From Ministeria vibrans ATCC 50519 (taxonomy: Eukaryota > Protista > Filasterea): DNA of 64,000 nt. The stretch lies in assembly GCA_943704425.1 (NCBI GenBank), contig CALSCP010001674.1, forward strand, positions 124,096 to 188,095, in the 5' to 3' direction. The translations under genes were made by a program, and so were the position numbers. This document shows, one piece after another, positions 27,818 to 39,686 of this stretch. Each line of letters opens with the position of its first letter. Positions within the stretch are counted from its first letter, which is position 1. The notes beneath the pieces are model-generated. The model saw only the letters and a program-made list of their open reading frames with translations. It made no database searches and was not told where the DNA came from.

Positions 27818-30800
27818 ATGGGCTGCTGCGCCAGCCGACGCGCCCAACCCGCAGCAGCGACCGATGTATCATCTCCAGGCGCGTCCAGCGACGCCCACGA
27901 GCCTGCTGCAATGTCTGCTGACGCGTCTGACGCGTTCGAGTTGGGAAACGTTCTCGACGCGTCCTCCCCGCTTGCTCAGCACGACGCGCCCACCCTGCGC
28001 TTTTGGGGCTCCTCGCTTGATGGGCAGCTTGGCATTGGACCCGTCGAATCGGGCATTGTGGGCGATCCGCGCGGCCGCAGCGGCGACGCCTCTGTTGACA
28101 AGCTGGACGTTGCGCTGGTGACGTTTGGAGCGCGCCATTCAATCATGGTCACTCACGACGGCGATGTGTACGCCGCAGGCGCAAACGAACATGGTCAATT
28201 GGGTCTGGGCGACCGTCTGCCGCGTTCGAGACACCTTCGCATTGTGGCTTTGGAGCCCTTTCGAGTGTGCGCCGCTTCGTGCGGTGACACCCACTCTGCG
28301 GTTGTGTCGACCGACGGTGAACTTTTTGTCTGGGGATCCAATACTCACGGGGAGCTTGGGCGTGGCGACCACGAGCCCCTCGATGACGCCACGCGACCGA
28401 GGCGTGTCGCTCTGCTGCGCGGTCATTGTATTGTCAAGGTGACCTGCGGTGCCTCGACCACATATGCCCTGACCTCCACCGGTATGGTGTTCGCCTTTGG
28501 CCTCAACGATGCTCATCAGCTGGCCCTGGGGCGTGCGAGTCATCAAGGCCGCGAACGTGCGCCAGTGCTCGTCGAGCCACTTGCCACCATTCCCATTGTC
28601 GATGTTGTTGTGGGCGCCCGTCACTCCTTGTTCCTCAGCGCGCGTGGCACCGTGTATGCTGCCGGAAACAACAGTCACGGCCAGCTGGGCATTGGCAGTA
28701 CTGTGAGTCAAGCGTCACCCATCCTCGTGCGTGCCTTTGAGTCGTTGCATCCCATTCGCCAGTGCGCCGCTGGCATCAATCACTCTGTCTTTCTCACTCA
28801 GTCGGGTCGGGTGTTCACCTGCGGTGCAGGGGGACACGGCCAATTGGGACACACCACGCGTGTGAACCAGGACACGCCTCGCATGGTCTGTGAGTTTATG
28901 GGCACCGTCATGGTACAGGTGGCAGCCGGACGTAGACACACCTTGGTGCTCACCGAGTCGGGTCGTGTCCTCGGCTGTGGCCTCTCTTCACTCGCCCAGC
29001 TCGCCACCACGCCAGACAATACCGCCACTATCCATGCCACACCCATCACGTGTAGTAACCTGCAAAATGTCGTCCGTTTCTACGCGGGTGGTGACTCAGC
29101 CTGTGCCCTGGTCGCCCCCACCGACCGCGCGGGCGACTATCATCTGCCGGCGCCCGTCTGTCGCAACGAACTTGCTCGCCTCGACTCAGCCTCACTTGTG
29201 GACAACCTAGAGAGTCAGGCGCTTCCCTCGGCAGTCGCTTCGCACATACACACTGTCTTCTCGTCGCTCTCGGCCCTCAACATGTCCTTCTGCTCGTCTA
29301 CCCCCTCCTCCGTCGATTGGAACGCCGCCGTGGTACTCTTTGCTCGTCTCTTTTCTTCGTCGCAGCCGTCGGTCGTTGCCATTGCCACGGAGGCGCTTAA
29401 AAACCTCTTTGGTGTCGCCAACGACGAAGACGCCCGTGCCGCTGGAAAGCGCAAACGCGTTCGTCTTTCGTCGAGCTCGTCCACTCCTGGCACTCCGTTT
29501 CTCATCACCTCAAGTCACCTTCTCCAGGTGGAGTCTGCGCTGCCCGCACTCCCTCTCCTGCTGCTCCTCCCCTTCATTTCTACCGCCGAACACCACTCTC
29601 TTCTCTGTGCTATCATCAAAATCGTCGCCGAACTCCCTCCTCACATCAGCGAGGCACTCAACGCCCTTCTTCGCTCTCTTCCCCTCCCCATTTTCAGCCG
29701 CATCCTCACCACTCTCCAGGCAAATCTCACGCGACTTCTCGGCACTACCACTCGAGTAAGTGCCGCACTGAATGGTCCTCCTGTCTCGCTCGAAATTCAA
29801 GCCGTGGTGCAACTGTTGACGCGTCTTGCTCAATGCAACACGCAGCGTGACAAGGGTGAGGCGGCGCCCTTGAGCCACTTTTATAACGACATGCTCTGTG
29901 CCAAAATCAATCTTGAGGGCGACTATAGTGTATGGCGCGAGGGCGTCTCGGTCAACCCCTTTGTACCCATAGACTCAACTCCCCTTTCCACTGCTCTTTT
30001 GTACTCCAACGACCCCACTTCAATTACCACCGCCTCCTCCTCCTCGACCACAACCAAGACCGCGCCGCTCTTAAATAACACTTCTGTGACTGCAAGTGCA
30101 AGCGCGCGAGAAGTATTCACGTTCTGTTCACACGCTACCGCCCTCTTTGATGTGAGCACCAAACAAAAGTTGCTCGCCGTTGATTCTCGCACACAAATGG
30201 CCGAGCAAGCATGTCTTGCGTACCTCCAGGCGTTCCTGACGCCCCAACAGCAGCAGGTCGGGGCGGCACTGACGTTGCGCGTGCGTCGTGATCATCTCGT
30301 GGACGACGTGGTGCGCGAGCTGATGGCCCACTCGGCCGGCGATTTGAAGAAGGCGGTCAATGTGCAGTTTGTTGGCGAGGAAGGGGACGATGCGGGAGGA
30401 TTGCGCAAGGAATTGTTCACTCTTGTCGTCGAGCAGCTGTTGGATCCTGCCCAAGGCATGTTCACGACCAACGACGAGTCGGGTTACGTGTGGTTTCAGC
30501 GCGGTCCTCTTGCCGACGACAACATGTACCAAGTGGTGGGCATTATTTGCGGTCTTGCCATTTACAATCTGGTCATCATCGACCTACCTTTTGCGCCGGT
30601 GCTCTTTAAGCGTCTCATCGGCAGCGGTGGCTCTGGTGTGCCCCCACCCACCCTCGCCGACCTGCGTGCTGTCGAGCCGACTATCGCCCGCTCGCTGCAA
30701 CAGCTACTGGATGACGACAGCGATAACATTGCCGAAACGTACGGCCTTACGTTTGCCGTGAGCATCCAGTGCGCCAATGGTGGCGGAGTCGAAGAGCACG

Positions 30801-31339
30801 AGTTGGTTCCGCATGGGGCAGAGGTGGCCGTGACGCAACAGAACAAGCATGACTTTGTGCGTCGCTACGTGGAACTGCTGCTGGTGGACACAGTGGCGTC
30901 ACGTTACCGTGCCTTTGCGCGTGGCTTCCTTCGTGTCTGCGGCGGACCAGTGCTTGCCCTGTTTCATCCATCCGAGCTGGAGCAGCTCATGATTGGCGCG
31001 CGTGACTATGACTTTGCGGCCTTTGAGGCGGTCACACAGTACCACAATGGCTACTCCCGCGACTGTCCGACCATCCGTCTTTTCTGGCGCGTTTTTCACT
31101 CCTTTAGTGACACGGACAAACATCAATTCCTCAAATTCGCCACAGGCAGCGACCGTGTGGCCATTGGGGGCTTCTCGCGCTCCTCCTTTGCTATCCAGCA
31201 GACGCACGACACCTCGCGTCTGCCTGTCGCCCACACCTGCTTCAATCTGCTTGACCTGCCCCCGTACCCAGACGAGTCTACCATGCGCTCCAGACTCCTT
31301 CTTGCCATTCGTGAGACTCAAGGCTTTGGTCTCGTCTAA
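27818..31339 (+). CDS. Small HERC-type E3 ubiquitin ligase (RCC1 repeats + HECT; HERC4-like), intronless
   Basis: RCC1 repeats (GxNxHGQLG), HECT motifs VQFVGEEGDDAGGLRKELF and FLKFATGSDRV, catalytic LPVAHTCFNLLDLP, C-terminal GFGLV*; an upstream in-frame ATG also exists at 27746. Confidence 0.93.
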   Translation: MGCCASRRAQPAAATDVSSPGASSDAHEPAAMSADASDAFELGNVLDASSPLAQHDAPTLRFWGSSLDGQLGIGPVESGIVGDPRGRSGDASVDKLDVALVTFGARHSIMVTHDGDVYAAGANEHGQLGLGDRLPRSRHLRIVALEPFRVCAASCGDTHSAVVSTDGELFVWGSNTHGELGRGDHEPLDDATRPRRVALLRGHCIVKVTCGASTTYALTSTGMVFAFGLNDAHQLALGRASHQGRERAPVLVEPLATIPIVDVVVGARHSLFLSARGTVYAAGNNSHGQLGIGSTVSQASPILVRAFESLHPIRQCAAGINHSVFLTQSGRVFTCGAGGHGQLGHTTRVNQDTPRMVCEFMGTVMVQVAAGRRHTLVLTESGRVLGCGLSSLAQLATTPDNTATIHATPITCSNLQNVVRFYAGGDSACALVAPTDRAGDYHLPAPVCRNELARLDSASLVDNLESQALPSAVASHIHTVFSSLSALNMSFCSSTPSSVDWNAAVVLFARLFSSSQPSVVAIATEALKNLFGVANDEDARAAGKRKRVRLSSSSSTPGTPFLITSSHLLQVESALPALPLLLLLPFISTAEHHSLLCAIIKIVAELPPHISEALNALLRSLPLPIFSRILTTLQANLTRLLGTTTRVSAALNGPPVSLEIQAVVQLLTRLAQCNTQRDKGEAAPLSHFYNDMLCAKINLEGDYSVWREGVSVNPFVPIDSTPLSTALLYSNDPTSITTASSSSTTTKTAPLLNNTSVTASASAREVFTFCSHATALFDVSTKQKLLAVDSRTQMAEQACLAYLQAFLTPQQQQVGAALTLRVRRDHLVDDVVRELMAHSAGDLKKAVNVQFVGEEGDDAGGLRKELFTLVVEQLLDPAQGMFTTNDESGYVWFQRGPLADDNMYQVVGIICGLAIYNLVIIDLPFAPVLFKRLIGSGGSGVPPPTLADLRAVEPTIARSLQQLLDDDSDNIAETYGLTFAVSIQCANGGGVEEHELVPHGAEVAVTQQNKHDFVRRYVELLLVDTVASRYRAFARGFLRVCGGPVLALFHPSELEQLMIGARDYDFAAFEAVTQYHNGYSRDCPTIRLFWRVFHSFSDTDKHQFLKFATGSDRVAIGGFSRSSFAIQQTHDTSRLPVAHTCFNLLDLPPYPDESTMRSRLLLAIRETQGFGLV

Positions 31340-31418
31340 GCAGTCCACTCTCTCATTTGCACAGAATATACATTTTATACATATTATTGTACACTTATTA
31401 TAAGGGCGTCCCTTAATT

Positions 31419-32372
31419 CTATGAGACAACGGGGAACTCATTGTCGTCCAATTCGTCTGTTCCTTCTCGAATATAGCGTTGCCATACTGACGAAATGTGC
31501 GCGTCGCTGCGGAATCTGGCGTTTGCCGGGATGTAGTGGATTCCAAGTCCTACAGAAGTACGATCATAATAATTATTATAATTATTATTATTTAGTGCAT
31601 GTTGGCTCTGCTGTCGCAAACCTCTTCTTGGTCGCGTCTTGGAGCGATTTCGTCCACTTCCGTGCCAACATCGGCCGTCATGAATACTAATACAGCCTCG
31701 GGAAAGCCCGGCCATGCTTTCAAATCGGAGTCCGTCCAAAGGAATGCCTTCAAGGAGTGCGGCGCGATGTAAGAGCGCTTTGGAGTCTCGTTCGAAAAAG
31801 GCGGATGCTGAGCCGGCACGAGCATCCCCCCAACGATGAGAGCCAGGCACATACTCAAGAGGACCCAGCTCCTCGTCCATGTCATCAAGCGCCAGCCAGA
31901 CAGTCACGACGGAGGGCGGCGTGAAGAAGAAGTACGGCGAGTCACGGTGGAACACAAGACTCTGGGCGCCCGCCGGCTTGGCCCACACTTGGTCTTGGGC
32001 AACTCGTGCGCCACACGACCAGCCAGCAAGAGTGGCTACAAGAGCGCCGAGAGCACGCGAACGCACTACTTTTGCGAAGAGATGACTACATTTGTGTACG
32101 TTGATCATTTGAAGCACGCGAACGTTGTCAAGATTGCCAGAGAAGCCCAACGGACCCGTGCGCGTTCCCTTGATCAACTTGGGTGTCTTGTCTGGTGCAC
32201 GTCCAGTCGAATATTCACCGCGCAGCACAAGTTCAAGCTCTGAGTTGAGTTCGGCGACAAACACCGAAGAGAGCAGTGGCGTCCGCACAGCGGTGAAGCC
32301 CCTGTGTTCAAAGGCGGTCGCCATGGATGGGTCGCTTAGCAGGGAGTGTGGGAGAGTCACGGGGTCGTCCAT
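31419..32372 (-). CDS. PhyH-family Fe(II)/2-oxoglutarate dioxygenase, two exons
   Basis: AFEHRGF, KPAG...FHRDSPYF (HxD), VWLALDD...GPLEYVPGSH, HDGRCWHGS..N.S..PRR; intron near 31550-31621. Confidence 0.88.
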   Translation of the reverse strand: MDDPVTLPHSLLSDPSMATAFEHRGFTAVRTPLLSSVFVAELNSELELVLRGEYSTGRAPDKTPKLIKGTRTGPLGFSGNLDNVRVLQMINVHKCSHLFAKVVRSRALGALVATLAGWSCGARVAQDQVWAKPAGAQSLVFHRDSPYFFFTPPSVVTVWLALDDMDEELGPLEYVPGSHRWGDARAGSASAFFERDSKALLHRAALLEGIPLDGLRFESMAGLSRGCISIHDGRCWHGSGRNRSKTRPRRGLRQQSQHALNNNNYNNYYDRTSVGLGIHYIPANARFRSDAHISSVWQRYIREGTDELDDNEFPVVS

Positions 32373-32435
32373 TGGAATCAAAGCGGAAAAATGAAGTGAT
32401 AAGAAAATAATTAATAATAATAATAATAATTATTA

Positions 32436-32469
<34 letters not shown>

Positions 32470-32909
32470 ATAATTAATAGAAGGAGAACCCATTCATGAT
32501 ACAGTCACCAGGATCAACAACAAAAGCACAAGTGCAATCGCTATCCAGTGAGGTTATCGCAATGGCACGCCATACCCCCAGTGCCGGCCAGTGGGGGCTT
32601 TGGGCTCTGACAAGCTGTAACAGCTGTCTAACGAGTAAAACTCGGTGCGAATATAAGAATCAGTCGGTAGGGAGCGATTGCGGCTGGTGCGCTCGTTGTT
32701 GTGGCTGTAGTTCAGACGACGTTGCTGCAGGGTCGTCCGTGTCTGGGAATTAATAGAGAATCAAGAGTTGTACTCAATGTCAAAACAAACAAAACAAAAC
32801 TATTAGTGTATAAATATGATTCGTAGCCAGTGACACAGTAGTACAGGAGCAAAATTGTCCAAAACGGGAGACTGTCAGATTAATATATTATATGTTGTTC
32901 TTTTATTAT

Positions 32910-35300
32910 TTATAAGTCCTTGAAAAGAGCGGCGATGGCAGGGTCGGTCGTCCAGACGGCGGGCTGGCCGAGGGGCGCAGGGAAATCGCTGAGCCAGACA
33001 CCCTGCAAGGAGTGGGTGACGTTGTGAGACCACACGTGAATCCAGTCGCCCTTGGGCAGGTACGCATCCACAGTGGTCGCGTCCGCGGCGAGCACAGGCG
33101 CCACAAGGACACGCGCGCCAAAGAGAAACTGTCGATCGAGCGTGAACACGGCGGGGTCGTCTTCGTAGTGAAGGGCCAAGTGGCGCACCACGGGATACCC
33201 TAAGGTGGTCGCCTCGTCAATGAGAGTGAGACGATAGGCCGCGAGGCGAGCAAAAACGGTCGAAAAACGAGCAAAGTGCGCCAGCGTGTCCGCATTGGTG
33301 TACACCTGGACGTTCTTGTCGGGCTGCGACCCTTCGTGGGTGCGCATGACCGTCGTGAACGCACTCAGTTCGGTCCAGCGACGCAGAAGCTCGGCCGAGC
33401 GAAAGAACCGCTCGCCATACTCATCAACGGTCGTAAAACCGCCCGTGTCCGAGTGCTGCAGCGCCATACCACTAAAACCCGACCCCAACAGCGACACGAC
33501 GACGGACGTGAGTCCATCATGGACATCCCACGACGGCAGCTGGTCCCCTTGCCAAAAAAGCGTGCTCACACCGGGCGAGCGCAGCGATGCCGAGCGCGAA
33601 AAAAAGGCAGTGGGCGTCGCAGCGGCATCGCTGACGCGGCGGTTCAGGCGCGCCCATGCCTCGGGGAACGCATTGTGGTATGTACTGGCGGGCTCGCCAC
33701 TCGCAAGCACCGCGTCGTACGGAAGGTATTCGCCATAGTCTGCCATCCAACCTACTGTGCTCGTGCGCACCATGTTCTCTGTCATCATATCCACAAAAAA
33801 GCTCACAGCGTCTGCGTTGGTCAGGTCAATTGTGCCAGCCGTCCACTAAACACACACACACACGCAGAAAATAAAAATAAAAATAATAATAATAATTAAT
33901 AATAATAATAATTAAGAAAGAATATTAATAGTATTCATCATCGCTCAACTGCTTCCAATACACTTACCCCTGGTCCCGATTCGGTGAGATAGGGCAGTCC
34001 CGAGGCGTTCTTCACAAGGAAGCCCTGCTCGGCGGCCATCTTGAAGTAGTTGTGACGGTAGGACGCCTTGGAGGAGACGTCGCAGAGGAAGGGGTTGATG
34101 TAGGTGGTCATGGCAACGCCCTGCGACGCCAGGTGCGCTGTGAGGTTGGTCCAGTGCGGGTAGTGTGAGTCATCAACCTCCCAGTTCCACCAAAGACGCT
34201 GCTGTATTTTACCAGCAACCGTCTGGTTGCGTGTACCCGACCAGTCCTGCACCCAGACGCCTGTGAGCGCGACTCCCGCTGCAAGCATCGCGTCCACGCG
34301 CTGCTGTACTACAGCCGTACCTCCCTGCAGGCCCACCACAGCACCATGTGTGTAGAAATCGGGCAGAGCCGCCTGACGACCAATCACGCTCGTGACCACG
34401 CTGATGAGGTGGAGAAGCGAGTCGCCGCGCAACACGCGACCAAGCGTGTCGCGGCTTGAAATGGCAAAACGTACCACCTGGGCGCTCACGTCGCTGCAAT
34501 CAAACTCGCTGTAGCGAAACGTATCGAGAAGGAGACCACGACGACGGCTCGTCACGTACTGTGCCATGGCCGAGTAGGTCGTGTACTCGTTTCCACCTGC
34601 GCCCTGACCGAACGTATTCAGGGCGAACGTGATGGGCTCGAGCCCACGCCCGACGCCCTGCTCGCGAGTGTTGATGGGAATCACCTGGCCCGTCGCATCC
34701 AAATGGGTGTATTGCTCGCCAAAGCCCCACAGGCGCTCATCTGCCTCACTTGTGTAGTACAAATACGACCAATTCAGAGTGGTGGGCGTGGCCGTCGTCG
34801 TTCCCTTGAGGTGCAACTCAAACGACACCTGGTTCGCGTCTATGCGTGCAAACTCAAGGCTGAACGTCGCCGGAGAGCAGCCTTCGCCAAGAAACGCACC
34901 AGTGACAACCGCCGACGAGGAGTTGGAGCCCGCAGTGACGGCGTTCACTGTGTGTTTCATGCACGAGTGCACCACTTTGGTCTTGAGCATCAAGTTGCCT
35001 GCTGCCGCGTCCTTGGGCGTTTCCTCGACGACAGCGGCCGAGACGAAGCCTGTGTTGGCTTTGGTAGACCATACAACCGATTGGCTTTGCTTGTGGATCA
35101 GTCTGTTTCGAAGGAGCAGAGAGGTTAGGGCATATTAATTTTTTTATTTGGTTTTACTCAATTTGACTGTCGTGCCAAGCCAAGAGCCAGTCTCCACCCA
35201 TGGAGATGTTGGTAGTTGCAACAGTCGATGAGATGGTCGGGAGATCGAGCGCCTGAGCAGCTAGAAGGCCGCTCAGGAGCACCAGAAGAACGGCAGTCAT
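32910..35300 (-). CDS. Secreted GH31 glycosidase, YihQ/sulfoquinovosidase-like, three exons
   Basis: Signal peptide MTAVLLVLLSGLLAAQA; GLQGG, VQDWSG, RLWWNW, nucleophile WMADYGEYLP, acid/base WQGDQ, HSDTGGF, RSAELLRRW...MRTHEG. Confidence 0.88.
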
Positions 35301-35911
35301 TGTGACTCGGATACAGACACAACTCACGACGGATTGAACGGAAGAGAACGCCCAGCGAGCCGAGAGAGTAAATGTGTGATCGAGTGAGATCCAGTGAGAT
35401 CGACCAAGTGATGTGGAAGAAGAATATTGATCGTTCAATGTTGATCATTGACGTAAAAATTATTATTATTTTTACTTTTTTTTGTCTTTCTTTTCTTTTT
35501 GATCTAATCGACAAAACGCTCTAAGCCTCTTCACGACTCTGTCTGTCGACTCACATCCAAAGACAAACATTGATTTCTTTAAAAGAATTCATTTGATTTT
35601 TTTCTGACCATGGACGAAGGTGAGAAATTTGCCGCAAACAATAAAAGCGCTTTTATGCGGGAGCAAAGGAAAGAGCGGTCTATCCCGACTTATCTTAGCT
35701 CAAGACCACCTAACCCATGGCAATAACGCTATAATTGCACTCCGTGTGTTCTTTGACGGGCGTGAGGTCCTGGGAATATACATTTTTAGTCTCTCGACCC
35801 AGTCGACCCGACTCATGTTTTGTTTTTTTTTTTTCTTTTCTTTTCGTCTCAATTGTAGCCCATTTGATGATTTCCAACTCAACGGAGGACTCCCATGAGT
35901 ATCCATTGATC

Positions 35912-37872
35912 ATGTCTAACGACGAGACGACGACGAGTCAAGAACAAGGCGCAGGAAGTTGTCGTCAGTCGAGTTTCGTCCGACAAAGCGCGGTGGAAAA
36001 AACACCTGTCGAGGTGCTAGTAGAGGAAAACGCGAACGACAATGAGCCGTCTCAGGATGAAGTCACTCCTGTGGTGACCTTTGAAATGGACGAAGAGCCG
36101 GAAGAAGAAGAAGAGGCAGAAGAGGAGTCGAGTGAGAAGGAGTCGAGTAAGGAGGAGGAGAAGGAGGAGTTGAGTGAGGAGAAGGAGAAGGAGAAGGAGT
36201 CAAGTAAGGAGGAGGAGGAGAAGGAGTTGAGTGAGGAGAAGGAGAAGAAGTCGAGTGAGGAGGAGGAGGAGGAGGAGTTGAGTGAGGAGGAGGAGAAGGA
36301 GAAGGAGTCGAGTGAGGAGGAGGAGGAGGAGGAGTTGAGTGAGGAGGAGGAGAAGGAGTCGAGTGAGGAGAAGATGTCGGAGAAACCGCAGCAGCGGGAG
36401 GCGGAGCAAAATTCCAATGATGAGAATCTCGCCCCGGGTTTGGCAGAGTCTCCGTGCAAGCCTGAAGTTACAAGCACGCTTCCCACGACGGACAAGGCAA
36501 AGAAGGACGACGAGAAATTGAGTTGCTGGTGCGAGGGTCACCACACACCAACCCCGACTAGCAGCGAGCGTGTCTTGACGGAAGAGATCCTGGCGCGAAT
36601 GGACAACTCGGTCCCAATGGACAACTCGGTCCCTCCCCCTACGACGAACCATTCAACCAAACTGTCATCTCTGTTCTCCTGGAAGCCGTTCTTTCCAAAC
36701 AAACAATGGGCTCAAGACCATCGCAATCCTCTAATGCTCACAATGATTGCGCTGTTCATTCTCGGCTCTGTTTCTGCCATTGCTGGCCATTGCTTGCACT
36801 CCTCCTGTCACCCCTGGATGACCACACGTCACGGTAATCAAAAACACTATCCATGATATAAGTCGTGAAATTTAATATTTCATTCGCCTGTTCTGTTGTC
36901 ACAGTGATGTGGGGCAGCAAAGGAACCCTTCCTGAGGCATGGACCAAGGCAATCTTTACTGCGGTGCTCGATGGCGAGCCAGTCAATCGCGACGCCGCTG
37001 TGGTGGCCCTCAAAGCACTCTCCTCATCTGAAGACCTTCAATTGATGTGGGAATGGGAAGCCGAACTCATTCCTGCCTTGCATGCAGTGGCACAGAACAG
37101 CACGAGTGTCGATGCACAAAGCAGCGCAATTAAAGTGCTCCAGCACCTTGTGAGCCACAACAGCACATGCAGCGCCTCCATCGACATCCTCTTTTTTCTC
37201 CAAGGCTTGACAATGGGAGACACTCCCAAATCGCTTCAAGAACCTGTGATGAAGCTGGCGGCGTCGGTTCTTCCTCACAGCCGCTTTCAGTCAAAGGAAG
37301 GAGCGGCGCCAGTGATTCCTGTCATCATCGAGCTAGCGCGTCGCGACGCAAGCTACACGAGCACCAGTCTTATGTTCACGATGGTGCTGAACCATCCAGA
37401 GCGAAGCAAGGACATCGTGGTCGCAGGGGGCGTGGATGCCCTGGTGTCGAACGGCGCCGAGCCAATCGAATGGACTCAGCTCAATATCCTCGAATACCTT
37501 TTGAGACGCGATAGTGGAGCAGCAGAGGCTATCCTTGCCATTGACACTGCTGTGCCCTCCATTGTGCGTGCGCTCGACAGCGACTTGGCAAAATCTATGG
37601 CATCGAGAGTTCTGGCGCGTATGTCGCAGCTCAGCGTCAAATCATCCGACACGACCGACAGTGCCAAGACCATTCTCTCTCACTTGTTGTCCTTGCTGGC
37701 CTCCAAGAACGACAACACAAAGCAGGCTGCTATCAACTTGCTTTCTGTCATGGCAGAAGACGATCGTGTTGCTGCCCTTATCGTCGCTGAGGGGGGTCTT
37801 GATAGCCTCTCTGCGTACACTTGGGGCGTCCAGGCCAACCTGGTGAACAAGCTTAAAAATCTGAATGTCTGA
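35912..37872 (+). CDS. Hypothetical membrane protein: Glu-rich repeat N-terminus, one TM, ARM/HEAT-like C-terminal exon
   Basis: Intron 36834-36904 joins two ORFs in frame; (ESSEEEEEEELSEEEEK)n; TM LMLTMIALFILGSVSAIAG; ARM-like segments IVVAGGVDALV and IVAEGGLDSL. Confidence 0.65.
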
Positions 37873-37933
37873 GAAGAAGAAGAAGACCTTTCCAAAAAAT
37901 TAATAAAAAATAATTATTATTATAATCATAAAA

Positions 37934-38018
<85 letters not shown>

Positions 38019-38384
38019 ANNNNNNNNNNNNNNNNNNNNNNNNNNNNNNNNNNNNNNNNNNNNNNNNNNNNNNNNNNNNNNNNNNNNNNNNNNNNNNCCC
38101 CCCCCCCGATGGAGTGTGTCCCACTCCGGGTTCAAATCGGGACTTTGACCTGGGGGGTCGTATGAACCTGAGCAAGATGCCGAAGAGATCTGGACAGGTG
38201 CTACTGCTGCTGCGCTGCAAATGAGCCACCCATAGAGTATTGACCCACAGATTACAGATAGGCTCTCGCAGCAAGCGTGCGATTGATTATTATTTTGATT
38301 TTCCCATTTTTTCCTTTGGATGACATGCATGACATTCGCTCAATAATCAATTCGACTCGAACAAATTTAATCACACTTATTCAG

Positions 38385-39439
38385 CGGCCGTACCGTCAGT
38401 CCATCAAAGCCTTGGCACTTAACACAGTTAACAGTGAGGATCCAATCGGCAGTTCGACAGACACGCAGAAACTGAAACAAAGCAGAAACCACAATTCGTT
38501 CGGACGAAGTTCGGACGAGTTTCGCAAGTTGCTCTCCTTTCGCCATATCTACAGCGAAGAACGAAGCCAGCACTCAGAAATGACCAAAGGTACTGTGCCA
38601 GCCCACTCACTACCGTTAGTTTTTGTTCTTTCGATTTTTTTTGATACCAAAAAATGAGCCAAATTTCACAAAACATTTTTTTCGCGCAAAATCCTACAGT
38701 TCAAGCAAGGCGTCGTAGAGTTCTTTGACTTCTTTCTCTTGATTTGAAGCATTCGTTCTGTTGATTTCTGTGTCTTCAGTATTGAGACGAGTTTATTTTT
38801 TTGTTTTGTAGAAGAAGAGGTGTCTCATCTTATGAGACGCACTGTGCGCGAAGACACGAAGGATCTTGACGAAGATGCCACGAACAAGTTCCTTGGGATC
38901 AGTCGCGTGTTTGCAGTCATTTGCTTTTTGTTTTTACTGAATATGCCTCGGCCAATATATCGCGACGACATCCACAACTCGCACAAGCACCGTACCCCAG
39001 CACCCATTTTAACATGTTGCTTTAAACTAATACTTGCCGTGTAGAAATGGAGAAGGCGTCGGAAGGCTTGAGCGGGTGGAGCGGCGCCTCCGCAGCGGGA
39101 TTTGCGGATAAAGTCGACTCTCTGTTGGAGAGTCTCTGCAACGGCACAATGGATCAGAAAATCGAGTCACTCAATGATTTGCAGGTGTTCCTGAGTACTC
39201 AAATCATGGGTGCCGATGCAACCGAGTTTAGTGGTGTGTTTGAGAAGCTGAAAACGGTTCTTGGGGGACATGTTGTTCAAGGTGACAGTGCGCATCTTAT
39301 TGCGAGTCATGTTGTGCAAATTCTCAGCAAAGATCTTCCATCCTTGATGTTTGATTCCCCACCGAATCATCAAGTTCCTGCAGACACACACGAGATTATT
39401 CTCAATCTTGATTTGAGGGAGGAAGTGTTGCAATATTGA
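38385..39439 (+). CDS. Hypothetical multi-exon protein with one hydrophobic segment (5' end uncertain, near gap)
   Basis: Exons near 38385-38589, 38812-38991 and 39045-39439 can be joined in frame via GT-AG introns; no family recognised. Confidence 0.4.
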
Positions 39440-39686
39440 TTTGTGAGGCGAAAAAGAAAGTACAAATGTGACATGGCGACAATGCGTTCTCTATCCCGTA
39501 GACTTAGTAGACGTAATATACATATATAGACATTAGTCAATAGTCAATAGACGATTAAAAAGACCACCAAAGTGCGTGGGACTGCGTGCAGAATGAGTTG
39601 TCGACTGATGAGTGTGTCGACTTCAATACTCAAACTCCGATCAATCTCAACTCACTCACATGTTGTAAAATTTCATTTTTGTTAGT

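Noticed and set aside
32496-32753. 85-aa Cys-rich ORF between PhyH and GH31
   Set aside because: No recognisable domain; it starts within the dispersed repeat motif and is likely non-coding.
20140-35300. ADPGK plus SQase as a sulfoglycolysis pathway
   Set aside because: The kinase looks like an ordinary membrane-anchored ADPGK, and no SQ isomerase, aldolase or reductase is present.
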